A DNA stretch of 45,924 bases from an uncultured Bacilli bacterium (GTDB lineage Bacteria; Bacillota_I; Bacilli_A; RF39; UBA660), in the NCBI GenBank assembly GCA_947623645.1, contig CANQHK010000002.1, forward strand, positions 1 to 45,924. Reading direction: 5' to 3'. Position numbers and translations under genes: made by a program. How positions within the stretch are numbered: the stretch's first letter is position 1; each line of letters starts with the position of its first letter. Shown one piece after another: positions 9,827-21,468 of the stretch. The notes beneath the pieces were generated by a model. That model was given only the letters and a program-made list of their open reading frames with translations. It did no database searches and was not told the origin of the DNA.

Positions 9827-10529
9827 AATCATCATCACTACCTCGAACAATTAAAAACAATCGAAAGATTTCTAACAACGTCGTAGCAAGACCTGCAACA
9901 TAAGTAAGAGCAGCTGCTCGAAGCATATCTTTTCCACCTTCTACTTCGTGATCCGTAAGCAAATTTTCTTTTTCTAGAATGGCAAGAGCTCGTCTCGAAG
10001 CATCAAATTCTGTAGGTAGTGTAACAAGTTGAAAAAGTAAAATAACAAGTAAAAGTCCAATTCCAGCCCAAGCTAGGTCAATCCAACTAAATAAAATTCC
10101 AAGGAAAATAGCAATATAACCAAACTTTGATGCAAAATTTACGAAAGGAACCATGAAACCTCTTAATTTAATAAAGAAATATCCCTCTTTATGTTGAATC
10201 GCATGACCACATTCATGAGCAGCAACACTTAAAGAGGCAATCGACGTTCCATGAAAAATTTCTTTGGATAAACGAACCACTCTTCGATTGGGGTCATAAT
10301 GATCCGTTAAATTTCCAGCAACTTCTGTAACATAAACATCTTTTAATCCATTTTTATCAAGAATCTTGCGAGCAACTTCAACACCTGTAAGCTTCTTTTC
10401 ATTTTCAATAACTCTATATTTCGAATAACGACTTCGAAGATAAAACTCTGCAACTAAAGTAATAATCGTACCTAAAATAATAAGACCATATCCAATAAAA
10501 TCAAACCCCGAATAAGACATATAATACAT
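9825..10529 (-). CDS. Membrane zinc metallopeptidase (YugP/Zn_peptidase_2-like)
   Basis: 234 aa with an N-terminal TM helix, an HECGHAIQH zinc motif and C-terminal TM helices. Confidence 0.8.
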   Translation of the reverse strand: MYYMSYSGFDFIGYGLIILGTIITLVAEFYLRSRYSKYRVIENEKKLTGVEVARKILDKNGLKDVYVTEVAGNLTDHYDPNRRVVRLSKEIFHGTSIASLSVAAHECGHAIQHKEGYFFIKLRGFMVPFVNFASKFGYIAIFLGILFSWIDLAWAGIGLLLVILLFQLVTLPTEFDASRRALAILEKENLLTDHEVEGGKDMLRAAALTYVAGLATTLLEIFRLFLIVRGSDDD

Positions 10530-10544
10530 ATTCTTTCCTCCTAT

Positions 10545-11930
10545 CTATATTCTTTCGTAAGTCGTACCTTCTCGAGTATCCAAAAGTCGAATCCCCTGTT
10601 GCAATAATTCATCTCGAATTTTATCAGCAAGTTCAAAATCTTTATTTTTCTTAGCAATATTTCTTTCTTCAATCTTGGAAAGAATTTCTTCTTCCAAATC
10701 AACCTCTTCTTCTTTAGACAAATCCAAAGATAATACTTTGTCAAATTTTTCAATTAAATAAAGTTTCGAAAAATCAGTAAGTTCAGAATCTTTTAAAACA
10801 TCGTAAACAAGGGTTAACATACTAGAAGTATTTAAATCATTTTCAATGGCACTTCGAAATTTCTCATCGTAAAAATCAATTTTTTCTTCATGTAAATCAG
10901 GAGTACGATCCAACTGTTGAACACGTCTTTTTAACTTTTTGTAGGCTCCCTCTGCTTGATCTAAAGCATCATAAGAAAAAACCAAATTGTTCCGATAATG
11001 ACTTCCTAAACAAAAGTAGCGATAAGCAAGAGGAGAATATCCTTTTTTCTGTAAAAGAGAAAGCGTTAAAAACTCCCCACTCGATTTACTCATCTTTCCA
11101 GATTGATCATTTAAATGTTCTCCATGAACCCAATAATTACACCATTTATGTCCAAAATAAGCTTCACTTTGCGCAATTTCATTCGTATGATGAGGGAAAA
11201 TATTATCAACACCACCACAGTGAATATCTAAATATTCTCCTAAATATAAAGCCGAAAGTCCACTACATTCAATATGCCATCCAGGATATCCAACACCCCA
11301 AGGAGAATCCCATTTCATTACTTGATTCGAAAATTTCGATAAAGTAAACCAAAGTCCAAAATCAAAGGGATTCCTTTTCGCTTTATCTTCTTCTACGCTA
11401 TCCCGAACTCCCACCATAAGTTCTTCTGGTTTTTTTCCAGAAAGTTGGTAGTAATCCTTTGCTTTACTAATATCAAAATAAACATTTCCTGAAGATATAT
11501 AAGCATACCCCTCATCCAACATTTTCGAAATCATTCGAATGTACTGATCAATATGATCACTTGCTTTTTCCACAATTTCAGGACGATGAATATTTAAAGC
11601 AGTACAATCTTGAAAGAAAGCATCGGTATAAAACTGAGCAATTTCAGAAACACTTTTACCTTCCCTTTTTGCACCCTTTTCCATTTTATCTTCTCCACTA
11701 TCGGCATCACTTGTCATATGTCCAACATCCGTAATGTTCATAACTCTTTTGACATCGTACCCCAAATAGCGAAGTCCTTTTTCTAAAACATCTTCAAAAA
11801 TATACGTACGAAGATTCCCAATATGAGCATAATTATAAACGGTTGGTCCACACGTATACATCCGAACAATCCCCTCTTCATGAGGAATAAATTCTTCTAC
11901 TTTTCGATGTAATGTATTATAAATTTTCAT
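10545..11930 (-). CDS. cysS: Cysteine--tRNA ligase
   Basis: Class I signature motifs YAHIGNLR (HIGH) and KMSKS. The probable start is MKIYNTL at 11930, behind AGGAGGG. The ORF-track start is 11969. Confidence 0.95.
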   Translation of the reverse strand: MKIYNTLHRKVEEFIPHEEGIVRMYTCGPTVYNYAHIGNLRTYIFEDVLEKGLRYLGYDVKRVMNITDVGHMTSDADSGEDKMEKGAKREGKSVSEIAQFYTDAFFQDCTALNIHRPEIVEKASDHIDQYIRMISKMLDEGYAYISSGNVYFDISKAKDYYQLSGKKPEELMVGVRDSVEEDKAKRNPFDFGLWFTLSKFSNQVMKWDSPWGVGYPGWHIECSGLSALYLGEYLDIHCGGVDNIFPHHTNEIAQSEAYFGHKWCNYWVHGEHLNDQSGKMSKSSGEFLTLSLLQKKGYSPLAYRYFCLGSHYRNNLVFSYDALDQAEGAYKKLKRRVQQLDRTPDLHEEKIDFYDEKFRSAIENDLNTSSMLTLVYDVLKDSELTDFSKLYLIEKFDKVLSLDLSKEEEVDLEEEILSKIEERNIAKKNKDFELADKIRDELLQQGIRLLDTREGTTYERI

Positions 11931-12029
11931 AAGCCCTCCTATTTTATTATACGATAAAGAAATTTCCAAAGGAACTCTTTTATGTATTATACCATAAATA
12001 TGAAAAAAAAGATATTCTTTTAGAATACC

Positions 12030-14336
12030 TTACATGGCTTTCAATGTTTGAATCGAAACGTTTTTCTTTCCCAAAAGAATTTCTTGAATAACCAAGGAAT
12101 CAACTTTTTGACTTAATATATGGTCAAGTTTCCGAGCTCCAAATTCTTGATAATTAGACATTTCAATAATTTCGTCCAAAACACTTTTTCGAAGTTGTAA
12201 ATGAATTCCTCTTTCTAAAAACTTTTTTCGAACTTCTTGTAATTTATTTTCCAAAATTTTTCGAATATCTTCTTCTTTCAAAGATTCAAAAACGAGAACT
12301 TCATCAATTCGATTAATAAACTCTATACTTAAAAATTCTTTCAATTTAGAGTGCACAGAACTTGTGTCTTTGCAAAAGCCAATTTCATTTTTTCCAAATC
12401 CAATATTGGAAGTCATAATAATTGTTATGTGGTCAAATCGAACTTTCCTTGAAGTAGCATCCCTCATGAACCCTTCATCAAGAGCTTGTAAAAACAAATT
12501 TAAAACAGCGGGATGAGCCTTTTCAATTTCATCTAAAAGAAGTACTGCATAAGGATGATTTCGAATTTGTTCTAATACATTTTTTCCGTCATTGTATCCA
12601 ACATATCCACTTGGAGATCCAATAATCTTACTAATCGAATGACTTTCTCGATATTCACTCATATCCATGCGAATAAGATTTTCTTCTCCTACTAAAAATT
12701 TAGCATACTCCTTAACGAGCATCGTCTTTCCAACACCCGTTGGACCTACAAATAAGAAAGAGGAAGGTTTGCCTTGCTTTTGAAGGCCAAATTTTATTCT
12801 TTTTGTAAGTTCTAAAAGTTGATGAACCGCTTTCTTTTGCCCAACAATCTTTTTTTGAAAAGCAGATTCCATTTTTGAAAGTTGGCGAAGACCCTTTTCA
12901 TCCAGATCAAAGATTGGAATTTTTGTTTTATTTACAACAACTTCTCGAATATCTTCCAAATGAACTGTTTTTATTTTATTTTGTGAAACTTTTAATGAGT
13001 CGGTATTTAAAATAGACAAAATTTCTTTTTCTCTTTCTTTCATGCGAAGTGCTTCTTGAAAATCCTGCTTTTGAATACATTCCTGTTTTTTCTCTTCTAA
13101 AGTTGTAAGTTCTTTTTTCAAAAGTAGAATCTTTTCATTTTTAGGATTCATTTGTAATTGAACCTTCGAACAAACTTCATCTAATATATCAATAGACTTA
13201 TCTGGTTGTTTCCGATTATACATATATAAATCCGTCAAACGAACAATTTCTTTTAACAGATTATCTTCCATTTTAACTCCATGAAAAGAACAATAAAGAG
13301 GTTTTAGTTCCAATAGAATTTCATATGTTTTTTCAGGAGTTGGCTCTAAAATTTCGAGTTTTTGAAATCTTCTGTCAAAAGCTTTATCTTCTTCAATTGT
13401 CTTTTTATATTCTTCTAAAGTAGTTGCACCAATGAGTTTTAAATTTCCCCTAGCAAGAGCAGGTTTTAGAATATTGGAAGCATCAATTGCTCCTTCTGCT
13501 CCTCCTGCCCCAACTAAAGTATGAACCTCATCAATAAAAATAATCACATCATCTCGTGCTTCAATCTCTTTTAAAATTTTATGCACACGTTCTTCAAATT
13601 CTCCGCGATATTTTGTTCCTGCTACCAAACTAGCAATTTCAACAGCAATAATTCTTTTTCCTTTAAGACTTAAAGGAACTTCTTCTTTAGCAATTCTTCT
13701 TGCCAGTTCTTCAACAACAGCAGTTTTCCCTACCCCTGCTTCTCCAACTAATAATGGATTATTTTTACATCGTCGGCTAAGAATCTCAATCATTCTTAAA
13801 ACTTCTTTCTCTCTTCCGATGACTGGATCAATTTCCCCTCTACTTGCTTTTTTTGTTAAATCAACACCAAATTCTTCGACTAATAATTTTCTTTTTTGCT
13901 TTCCTTTTTTATCCACAAGTTTTGCGGAAAACTCTTCATAGATATCATCGATATCCACATCCATTTGAGCAAGAAGTCGAAGAGCAACGCCATCTCCTTC
14001 TTCAATCATCGCAATTACTAAATGATAAACATTCACTTCCATAGCATTCACTTCTCTTGAAGTAACTGCAGCATTTTCTAAAATTCTCTTTAATAAAGGA
14101 GTATAAATAAACCAAGAATTTTCTTCTTTCCCAATCCCTATAACACGAACGAGTTCTTCCTTAAACCGTTTATAGGATACACCCATCTCTTCAAATTTTA
14201 AGGATATCTCCTCACATTCTTTCAATATTGCCAAAAAAAGATGTTCACTTCCAACATAAGGATGTTTTAATTCCATCATTTCTTTTTTTGCCAAAAGTAA
14301 CACCTTCTGTGCTTCTTCACTAAATCTTGAAAACAT
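12030..14336 (-). CDS. clpC: ATP-dependent Clp protease ATP-binding subunit ClpC
   Basis: 768 aa. Clp_N repeat at the N-terminus, two AAA+ modules (GEAGVGKTA and GPTGVGKT Walker A) and a coiled-coil middle domain. Confidence 0.9.
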   Translation of the reverse strand: MFSRFSEEAQKVLLLAKKEMMELKHPYVGSEHLFLAILKECEEISLKFEEMGVSYKRFKEELVRVIGIGKEENSWFIYTPLLKRILENAAVTSREVNAMEVNVYHLVIAMIEEGDGVALRLLAQMDVDIDDIYEEFSAKLVDKKGKQKRKLLVEEFGVDLTKKASRGEIDPVIGREKEVLRMIEILSRRCKNNPLLVGEAGVGKTAVVEELARRIAKEEVPLSLKGKRIIAVEIASLVAGTKYRGEFEERVHKILKEIEARDDVIIFIDEVHTLVGAGGAEGAIDASNILKPALARGNLKLIGATTLEEYKKTIEEDKAFDRRFQKLEILEPTPEKTYEILLELKPLYCSFHGVKMEDNLLKEIVRLTDLYMYNRKQPDKSIDILDEVCSKVQLQMNPKNEKILLLKKELTTLEEKKQECIQKQDFQEALRMKEREKEILSILNTDSLKVSQNKIKTVHLEDIREVVVNKTKIPIFDLDEKGLRQLSKMESAFQKKIVGQKKAVHQLLELTKRIKFGLQKQGKPSSFLFVGPTGVGKTMLVKEYAKFLVGEENLIRMDMSEYRESHSISKIIGSPSGYVGYNDGKNVLEQIRNHPYAVLLLDEIEKAHPAVLNLFLQALDEGFMRDATSRKVRFDHITIIMTSNIGFGKNEIGFCKDTSSVHSKLKEFLSIEFINRIDEVLVFESLKEEDIRKILENKLQEVRKKFLERGIHLQLRKSVLDEIIEMSNYQEFGARKLDHILSQKVDSLVIQEILLGKKNVSIQTLKAM

Positions 14337-14419
14337 GAAACTCCCTCCATTTCTATTCTATGAATATAATGAGAAAGTTTTAAAAAATATATACAAAAAA
14401 GAATACAAAAATTTGTATT

Positions 14420-15670
14420 CTAAGAAAGCAAGAAATAAACACCTACTGCGATTGCAACAAAATCAATAGCAAGAAAGAACGCAAGCATCATCCAATTGGA
14501 AAGTCCTGCACGAGAAGTTGGATATTCTCCAAGGCTTTTATGAAGTATCTTTTTTTCTGATGATTCTTCCTTTATAGGAGAATCCATTGTCATCTCTTCA
14601 AAATTTTTGGAAGATGGAATTTCGTCTACAGAAGGATTTATTTGTTCTTCTTGTAAATCATTTCTTTTTTCGGCTTTTGGAGAAAGCAAATCTTCTTTAG
14701 AACTCGTTACTAAGGAACGAATTTGATTAACATCATATCCTTCTAAATAAATATCATTTTCTTCCCCTTCAGAATGCAAATAACATTTTGTCGGATCTAC
14801 CTCATTTACTTCTACATTTTTTCCATCTAATAGGACATTTTTTTGAAAGTCTTCAATAATTTGCGGTAGAATATTGTTATCGAAATCTTCTCCATCTTTA
14901 TATTCTAATGTTTCTTTATTGGCAATAACACCATCTTCTTTATGAATGTAAGTTGCTTGAATAATTCTTTCAGATAATTCTTCGCCATCATGCAAAATAG
15001 AAAGACGAATGTGAGCATTAAGTCCAGTTGCTGTTGCTAAAAGTCTTTCGTAGATATGATCTTGGAAGGAACTTAATTCCGGTACTTCATCTTTTTCTTT
15101 TTTCTCTTGGTTCTCTATAGACTTATCTTGAATTGTTTGAACTGCTTTTAAAAATGCATTTTGAATTTCTTCTTCTGCTAAGGAAGAAACCACTAAACGA
15201 TTATCCTCAAACTCTAACCCTTGTTGTTTCAAAAGTTCTTGCATTTCCTTCATATCTGTTTTAACCATATATTTTTTATTGGTAGAATAATTGGCGATAC
15301 CAATTCCAAAGTTTCCTGGATAGTTTAAAGAATTTTTAAAAAGCTCATAAATATTGGCAATTTCTTTATCCATCTCTGATAAATAATTATGATTTTCCTC
15401 ATAAAGGTTCATCGCAGAACGAATATCGGTAAGAAGATAATTTAAGTCGATAGAAGGATTGTTCGTATAAATTACTAAACTACAATTTCCATTCTGATTT
15501 TTCAAAAGAAGATTATATCCTTTTTTCAAACAAACTTCTTGAAATATTTTTAAAAGAACATTATCTTTATCCTGCTTAAAAGAAATAGAATATCCATTTT
15601 CGGAAGAAGAAAGTTCTAAATCATAATTAGAAAGTTTCTCTTGTACATCTTGATATAAGTCTTTCGGCAT
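14420..15670 (-). CDS. Hypothetical acidic protein with a C-terminal TM anchor
   Basis: 416-aa ORF, no recognisable family. C-terminal hydrophobic helix WMMLAFFLAIDFVAIAVGVYFLL. Confidence 0.5.
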   Translation of the reverse strand: MPKDLYQDVQEKLSNYDLELSSSENGYSISFKQDKDNVLLKIFQEVCLKKGYNLLLKNQNGNCSLVIYTNNPSIDLNYLLTDIRSAMNLYEENHNYLSEMDKEIANIYELFKNSLNYPGNFGIGIANYSTNKKYMVKTDMKEMQELLKQQGLEFEDNRLVVSSLAEEEIQNAFLKAVQTIQDKSIENQEKKEKDEVPELSSFQDHIYERLLATATGLNAHIRLSILHDGEELSERIIQATYIHKEDGVIANKETLEYKDGEDFDNNILPQIIEDFQKNVLLDGKNVEVNEVDPTKCYLHSEGEENDIYLEGYDVNQIRSLVTSSKEDLLSPKAEKRNDLQEEQINPSVDEIPSSKNFEEMTMDSPIKEESSEKKILHKSLGEYPTSRAGLSNWMMLAFFLAIDFVAIAVGVYFLLS

Positions 15671-15755
15671 TGCTTATCACCTCTATCTTACTACATCATA
15701 TCATATTTTTCCAAAAATGGGAAGAAAAATACCAAAAAAAAAGAAGCCGAGGCTT

Positions 15756-17195
15756 CTATACAGCTAACATGATGATGAATACTACGATAAGCACTATAAG
15801 GATTTCTACAAATAATTTCCAAATATGCTTTAACCATTTTCCGTAAGAAATATCTAAATATGAAAGTGTACCCATCAAAATGATACTAGATGGAAGTACA
15901 AGCATTCCAAGACCATAGATAGATTGGAAAATAACGGCAATAATAGAATATAAAGAACTATCTGTAATAACTGTCATTGTATAAGGAAGTATTGCTTCTG
16001 CTGTATACATAGCTTCTACATTTAAGAAACTACCTAAAAATACGATAACACTCATAATAACAACATTTAATCCTTTACCAAGACCTAAAAGTAGTTTTAC
16101 AAAATATAATTGAACTGGATGATAAGTTGAAATAATTAAAAGCATATAAATAAGTGACATAATCACTGCTGGTTTTAAAGCTTTTTTCATTCCATCTGTA
16201 ATGCCATCTAGAAATTTGTCAAAAGAAAGACGATAAACAAGAGCAAGAACGATGGTTGTAAGAATAACCATAACAGGAAGTGCTGCTGCTGCAACTTGTG
16301 CTAGTGCATATCCCCATTCTCCAAATGCTTGGGCATCTCCTAAAATCTTTGCGAATATTGGAAAATCGAAAATTTCAAATTCCATTACCCAATTATAAAC
16401 ATCGGTAAAGACTGTAAATTTAGGAAATACCGTTGACCATGGAAATACTCCAAGAAGCATAATGATAAGCATCAAATCAAAAATGACAACAAGTGGCCAA
16501 ATGCGAACTTTCTTATCTGTTGCAACGGTTACTGTATCTGGAATATATTGTCCTTTATTAACAGAAGTTTGACTCTTTGTTTTCTTCGCATAACGAAGTA
16601 CATTAAAAATCAATAAGATAACTGCAAGAGCTAAAATAATTACCTTATAAAGCATATCACCTGTTGCTTCTGTTTCTAAAATAGAATGAACATAACTAAA
16701 AGTATCGGCACCATAAGTTGTACCAATCATACCACATAGTACGCTTCCAACGGTAACACTAGCTGCAACAATCTTGTTATATCCCATCATAAGAATGATT
16801 GATATCAACATTGGAAATACAACAAGAAATCCTAATGAGAATCCACATACAGATGAAAGTGCAGCAAGAAGTACCATAACAAGCACTAAGAAAATAGATT
16901 CTTTTCCTTTAAATCCAGAAACGATTTTTTCTAAGAATGCTTTGTATGCTGGAATTCGATACAACACACCATAAAGTCCACCACATAATATTACGTAAAA
17001 CAAAATATGAATAAAATAAGATAAAACGATTTGTGGATATGAGAACAAATTGAATAAACCAAGTTGAATTCTTTCAGGTCCTTCCAAAAGTTCCATAGCT
17101 TCTGTACTATAGTATGTTCTAGGAATTATCCAAGATAGTAAAAAGACAATGAAGATAGAAATTAAAACTACTTTTAAAATATTATGTTTTTTCAT
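15756..17195 (-). CDS. Polytopic membrane transporter, YfcC/DcuC-like
   Basis: 479 aa, more than 10 predicted TM helices, with an N-terminal pattern like YfcC-family putative anion/amino-acid carriers. The family call is tentative. Confidence 0.5.
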   Translation of the reverse strand: MKKHNILKVVLISIFIVFLLSWIIPRTYYSTEAMELLEGPERIQLGLFNLFSYPQIVLSYFIHILFYVILCGGLYGVLYRIPAYKAFLEKIVSGFKGKESIFLVLVMVLLAALSSVCGFSLGFLVVFPMLISIILMMGYNKIVAASVTVGSVLCGMIGTTYGADTFSYVHSILETEATGDMLYKVIILALAVILLIFNVLRYAKKTKSQTSVNKGQYIPDTVTVATDKKVRIWPLVVIFDLMLIIMLLGVFPWSTVFPKFTVFTDVYNWVMEFEIFDFPIFAKILGDAQAFGEWGYALAQVAAAALPVMVILTTIVLALVYRLSFDKFLDGITDGMKKALKPAVIMSLIYMLLIISTYHPVQLYFVKLLLGLGKGLNVVIMSVIVFLGSFLNVEAMYTAEAILPYTMTVITDSSLYSIIAVIFQSIYGLGMLVLPSSIILMGTLSYLDISYGKWLKHIWKLFVEILIVLIVVFIIMLAV

Positions 17196-17280
17196 ATTAA
17201 CCCTCCCAATTCCATTATAGCAAGTTTTTAAAAGAAATACAAAGAATTTTCTAAAAATTAGAATATTTTTCCATAAAAAT

Positions 17281-17336
17281 CAAAAAACAGTTCTATTCTG
17301 GCATCCAAAATGATGCGCCAAAGAACTGTTTTTTTA
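17281..17336 (-). terminator. Bidirectional-looking intrinsic terminator after lysS
   Basis: Stem AACAGTTCT/AGAACTGTT (17286-17294 / 17322-17330) with additional inner pairing (GGCATC/GATGCGCC). It is flanked by an A-run upstream and a T-run downstream on the plus strand. Confidence 0.7.
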
Positions 17337-17345
17337 ACTTCTTGA

Positions 17346-18836
<1,491 letters not shown>

Positions 18837-19430
18837 CTACTTATCCATAACTACTTTGGTATTTCCAACAAGATCATGTAAACCTCTTCCATCTTTTCTA
18901 AATAATACCATAAAAATCGTAATGAAAGATATAATCATTTGAATAATTTGTAAAGGATAACTTACATAGAAATAATAGTCTCTTTTCATAAATAATACAA
19001 AAATAACAATTAAAAGATTTACGAGAACAGAATTTAGTACCATTGCTCGGTAAATATAATCATTAATTGTAAGTTTCCTTTCACTTGCACTAACAATTCG
19101 TATATTCATAATCTTTTTACCAAATGTTTGACCATTCTGATAAAATTGAAAAACAATAAAATACAAAATCACGCATGTAATTTCTAAAATGTAACTTGGT
19201 ACAGATGCATAATCTAAATCATAAGTAATCAATGCATATTGGCGTACAAACTCTTCCATATTGATTTCCTCATTAATGTATTTTTCTTGAAGTTCTGTTG
19301 CATCTTTTTGGATTGTTTCATAATTATCAGAAACAGGTATAACAAGTCCTATAATACTAACAGCAAAACTAACAATAATAATATCTAGAATATAAGCAAG
19401 TAACCTTGGAAAAAAATAAGCTTTCTCCAT
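18837..19430 (-). CDS. RDD family membrane protein
   Basis: 197 aa. TM helices plus RDD-type residues (GQTFGKKIMNIRIV ... GRGLHDLVGNTKVV). Confidence 0.7.
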   Translation of the reverse strand: MEKAYFFPRLLAYILDIIIVSFAVSIIGLVIPVSDNYETIQKDATELQEKYINEEINMEEFVRQYALITYDLDYASVPSYILEITCVILYFIVFQFYQNGQTFGKKIMNIRIVSASERKLTINDYIYRAMVLNSVLVNLLIVIFVLFMKRDYYFYVSYPLQIIQMIISFITIFMVLFRKDGRGLHDLVGNTKVVMDK

Positions 19431-19432
19431 CC

Positions 19433-20416
19433 TTATCCCTCTTTTCTTAAATTCAATTTGTACTCGTTGAGTAACTTTATTATATCATGAGTTTGATGAA
19501 CAAGGAAGATTTTTTCTCGGATTTCTTTCGAATTTGGTAAACCTTTTAAATACCATGCCACATGGCTTCGAATTTCCAGTACTGCGGTTCTTTCTCCTTG
19601 AAAAGTTTTTAAATATTCAAGATGTTTTAAACAGACATCGATCTTTTCATCATTAGAAACTTCAAAAGATTCTTTTCCTTCTAAATGATTGATTAATTTT
19701 TGGAAAATCCAAGGATTTCCTAGAGCGCCTCGTCCAATCATAACTGCATCAACTCCTGTTTGAAACATCCGATCACAACTTTCGATATCGACAATATCTC
19801 CATTTCCAAAAACCGGAATGGACACTGCCTCTTTGACAGATCGAATCACATCATAATCAACTTTTCCTGTATATCCTTGACTTCTGGTTCTTCCATGAAT
19901 ACAAATAGCACTTGCTCCTGCCTCTTCACAAATTTTAGCAATAAGAGGAGCATTGATATGTTCTTGATCCCAACCGCTTCGAATCTTAACCGTTACTGGA
20001 ACGGAAACATTCTCTACAACAGATGAAACAATTTCCCGAACTTTCTCAGGATTTTTAAGAAGTGCAGCACCTGCCTCTGATCGAACAGCAACTTTTGGAA
20101 CAGGACATCCCATATTAATATCCAAAATAGAAACAGGATACATATCTGTTAAAATTTTTGCTGCTTTTACCAAACTTTCGACTTTGCCACCAAAAATTTG
20201 AATAGCAACGGGCATCTTTAAAGTATCGATTCCATTTAACATGGAAAACGTCTTTTTATTTCCACGAACGACAGCTTCAGCACTAATAAGTTCCGTAACA
20301 GCATACGCACATCCCATTTCTTCTACAATTTTCATATACGCAGGATTGGAAATCCCCGCCATCGGAGCAAGTGCAATTCTATTTTTAATTAAAACATTTC
20401 CAATTTTAAAACTCAT
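19433..20416 (-). CDS. dusB: tRNA-dihydrouridine synthase
   Basis: 327 aa. LAPMAGISNPAY, NMGCPV and GRGALGNPWIF motifs of the Dus family. It sits upstream of lysS, as Bacillus yacF does. Confidence 0.9.
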   Translation of the reverse strand: MSFKIGNVLIKNRIALAPMAGISNPAYMKIVEEMGCAYAVTELISAEAVVRGNKKTFSMLNGIDTLKMPVAIQIFGGKVESLVKAAKILTDMYPVSILDINMGCPVPKVAVRSEAGAALLKNPEKVREIVSSVVENVSVPVTVKIRSGWDQEHINAPLIAKICEEAGASAICIHGRTRSQGYTGKVDYDVIRSVKEAVSIPVFGNGDIVDIESCDRMFQTGVDAVMIGRGALGNPWIFQKLINHLEGKESFEVSNDEKIDVCLKHLEYLKTFQGERTAVLEIRSHVAWYLKGLPNSKEIREKIFLVHQTHDIIKLLNEYKLNLRKEG

Positions 20417-20431
20417 ATAATCACCCTTGTT

Positions 20432-20881
20432 CTAAGAATATTGATACGTTTTTGTAAATTCTTCTTTAGAATGAAGTCGACAAGCCGTTTTAAGAATCAA
20501 AGCACACTCTTTCCGATAAAATTGTAAAAGGTTCTGTTCATCTAATTTTTGAACGAGAAGATGAGAAAGAAAATAAATCTGATCTTCCTTCGTAAAATTT
20601 TCTCTTCTTTGAACTTTTTCAAAAATTCCCTCAACAATTAGAACGATATCGGAAGATGTTAATGTACTTTCTCCAAAAATCTTATCTAAATAATAAGAAA
20701 ATCCAGAAACCAATAGAGAAATATAAATCATATCTAAGTAAAGAGAGGATTGCTGATTTAAAGCAACCAATAAATATCGCTGATAAAGTTCTAAAAGAAT
20801 GTCATAATCAAGAAATTTCGAAGTATTCCCATTTCTTAGAAAAAGAGTTTCATAGTTTTTAATATCTTCTTGGTCTTCCAT
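20432..20881 (-). CDS. Hypothetical protein
   Basis: ORF with no recognisable family. The likely start is MEDQEDIK at 20881, preceded by GGTGA. The ORF-track start at 20950 adds an implausible hydrophobic leader. Confidence 0.4.
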   Translation of the reverse strand: MEDQEDIKNYETLFLRNGNTSKFLDYDILLELYQRYLLVALNQQSSLYLDMIYISLLVSGFSYYLDKIFGESTLTSSDIVLIVEGIFEKVQRRENFTKEDQIYFLSHLLVQKLDEQNLLQFYRKECALILKTACRLHSKEEFTKTYQYS

Positions 20882-20963
20882 GCTAGTCACCTCAACAAAA
20901 CAACGATAGTATACAACAAATAAAAATAGAATGCAAGAAAAAAAGAACAATCCGTTCTTTCGT

Positions 20964-21395
20964 CTATTTTGACTTTTTCTTTAACAAATCCCGAATTTCT
21001 TCTAATAAAAGAACTTCTTCTGATTTTGTTTCTTCTGGTGTTTCTTCTACTACTTCTTCTTTTTTCTCAAAAGATTGTAATTTTGCAAAGAACTTGACCA
21101 TCACAAAAATACAAAAAGCAATAATTAAAAAGTCTACAACTGATTGAATAAAAGCTCCATAAGCAATTGCTTCCTCTCCAATTCGAATACTCAAATTTGA
21201 AAAATCCAATCCTCCAAGTAAAGTACCAATTAAAGGCATCAAAATATCATTAACTAAGCTTGTAACAATTTTTCCAAAGGCACCACCGATAATGACACCA
21301 ACAGCCATATCAACAACATTTCCACGAGCAATAAACGTACGAAACTCTCCCATTTCTTTTTTTAGAAATCCTTTCTTATCTTTCAATTTTCTCAC
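20964..21395 (-). CDS. mscL: Large-conductance mechanosensitive channel
   Basis: [40 protein letters not shown] is canonical MscL. Confidence 0.92.
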   Translation of the reverse strand: MRKLKDKKGFLKKEMGEFRTFIARGNVVDMAVGVIIGGAFGKIVTSLVNDILMPLIGTLLGGLDFSNLSIRIGEEAIAYGAFIQSVVDFLIIAFCIFVMVKFFAKLQSFEKKEEVVEETPEETKSEEVLLLEEIRDLLKKKSK

Positions 21396-21443
21396 CTCTA
21401 ACTTCTATTATACAGAAAAACGACAAAAAGAAAAGAAAATTTC

Positions 21444-21468
21444 CAAAAAAAGACCAACCTTATTGGTC
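21444..21468 (-). terminator. Intrinsic terminator after ftsH
   Basis: GACCAA-CCTTA-TTGGTC hairpin (21452-21468) overlapping the ftsH stop codon, followed on the minus strand by T7 (plus-strand A-run 21445-21451). Confidence 0.55.

Noticed and set aside
10541-10753. ORF 10541..10753 (-) in an alternative frame at the cysS 3' end
   Set aside because: It is fully contained in cysS, which has a clear conserved frame, and it encodes a Lys-rich nonsense protein.
11931-12029. Possible T-box or riboswitch leaders upstream of cysS and lysS
   Set aside because: The intergenic gaps are about 100 nt (cysS) and about 10 nt (lysS). That is too short for a T-box, and I saw no specifier or T-box consensus sequence.
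17196-17345. Expected rRNA/tRNA cluster downstream of lysS, as in B. subtilis
   Set aside because: The 150-bp interval contains only a terminator hairpin. I saw no tRNA-like cloverleaf or rRNA sequence anywhere in the window.
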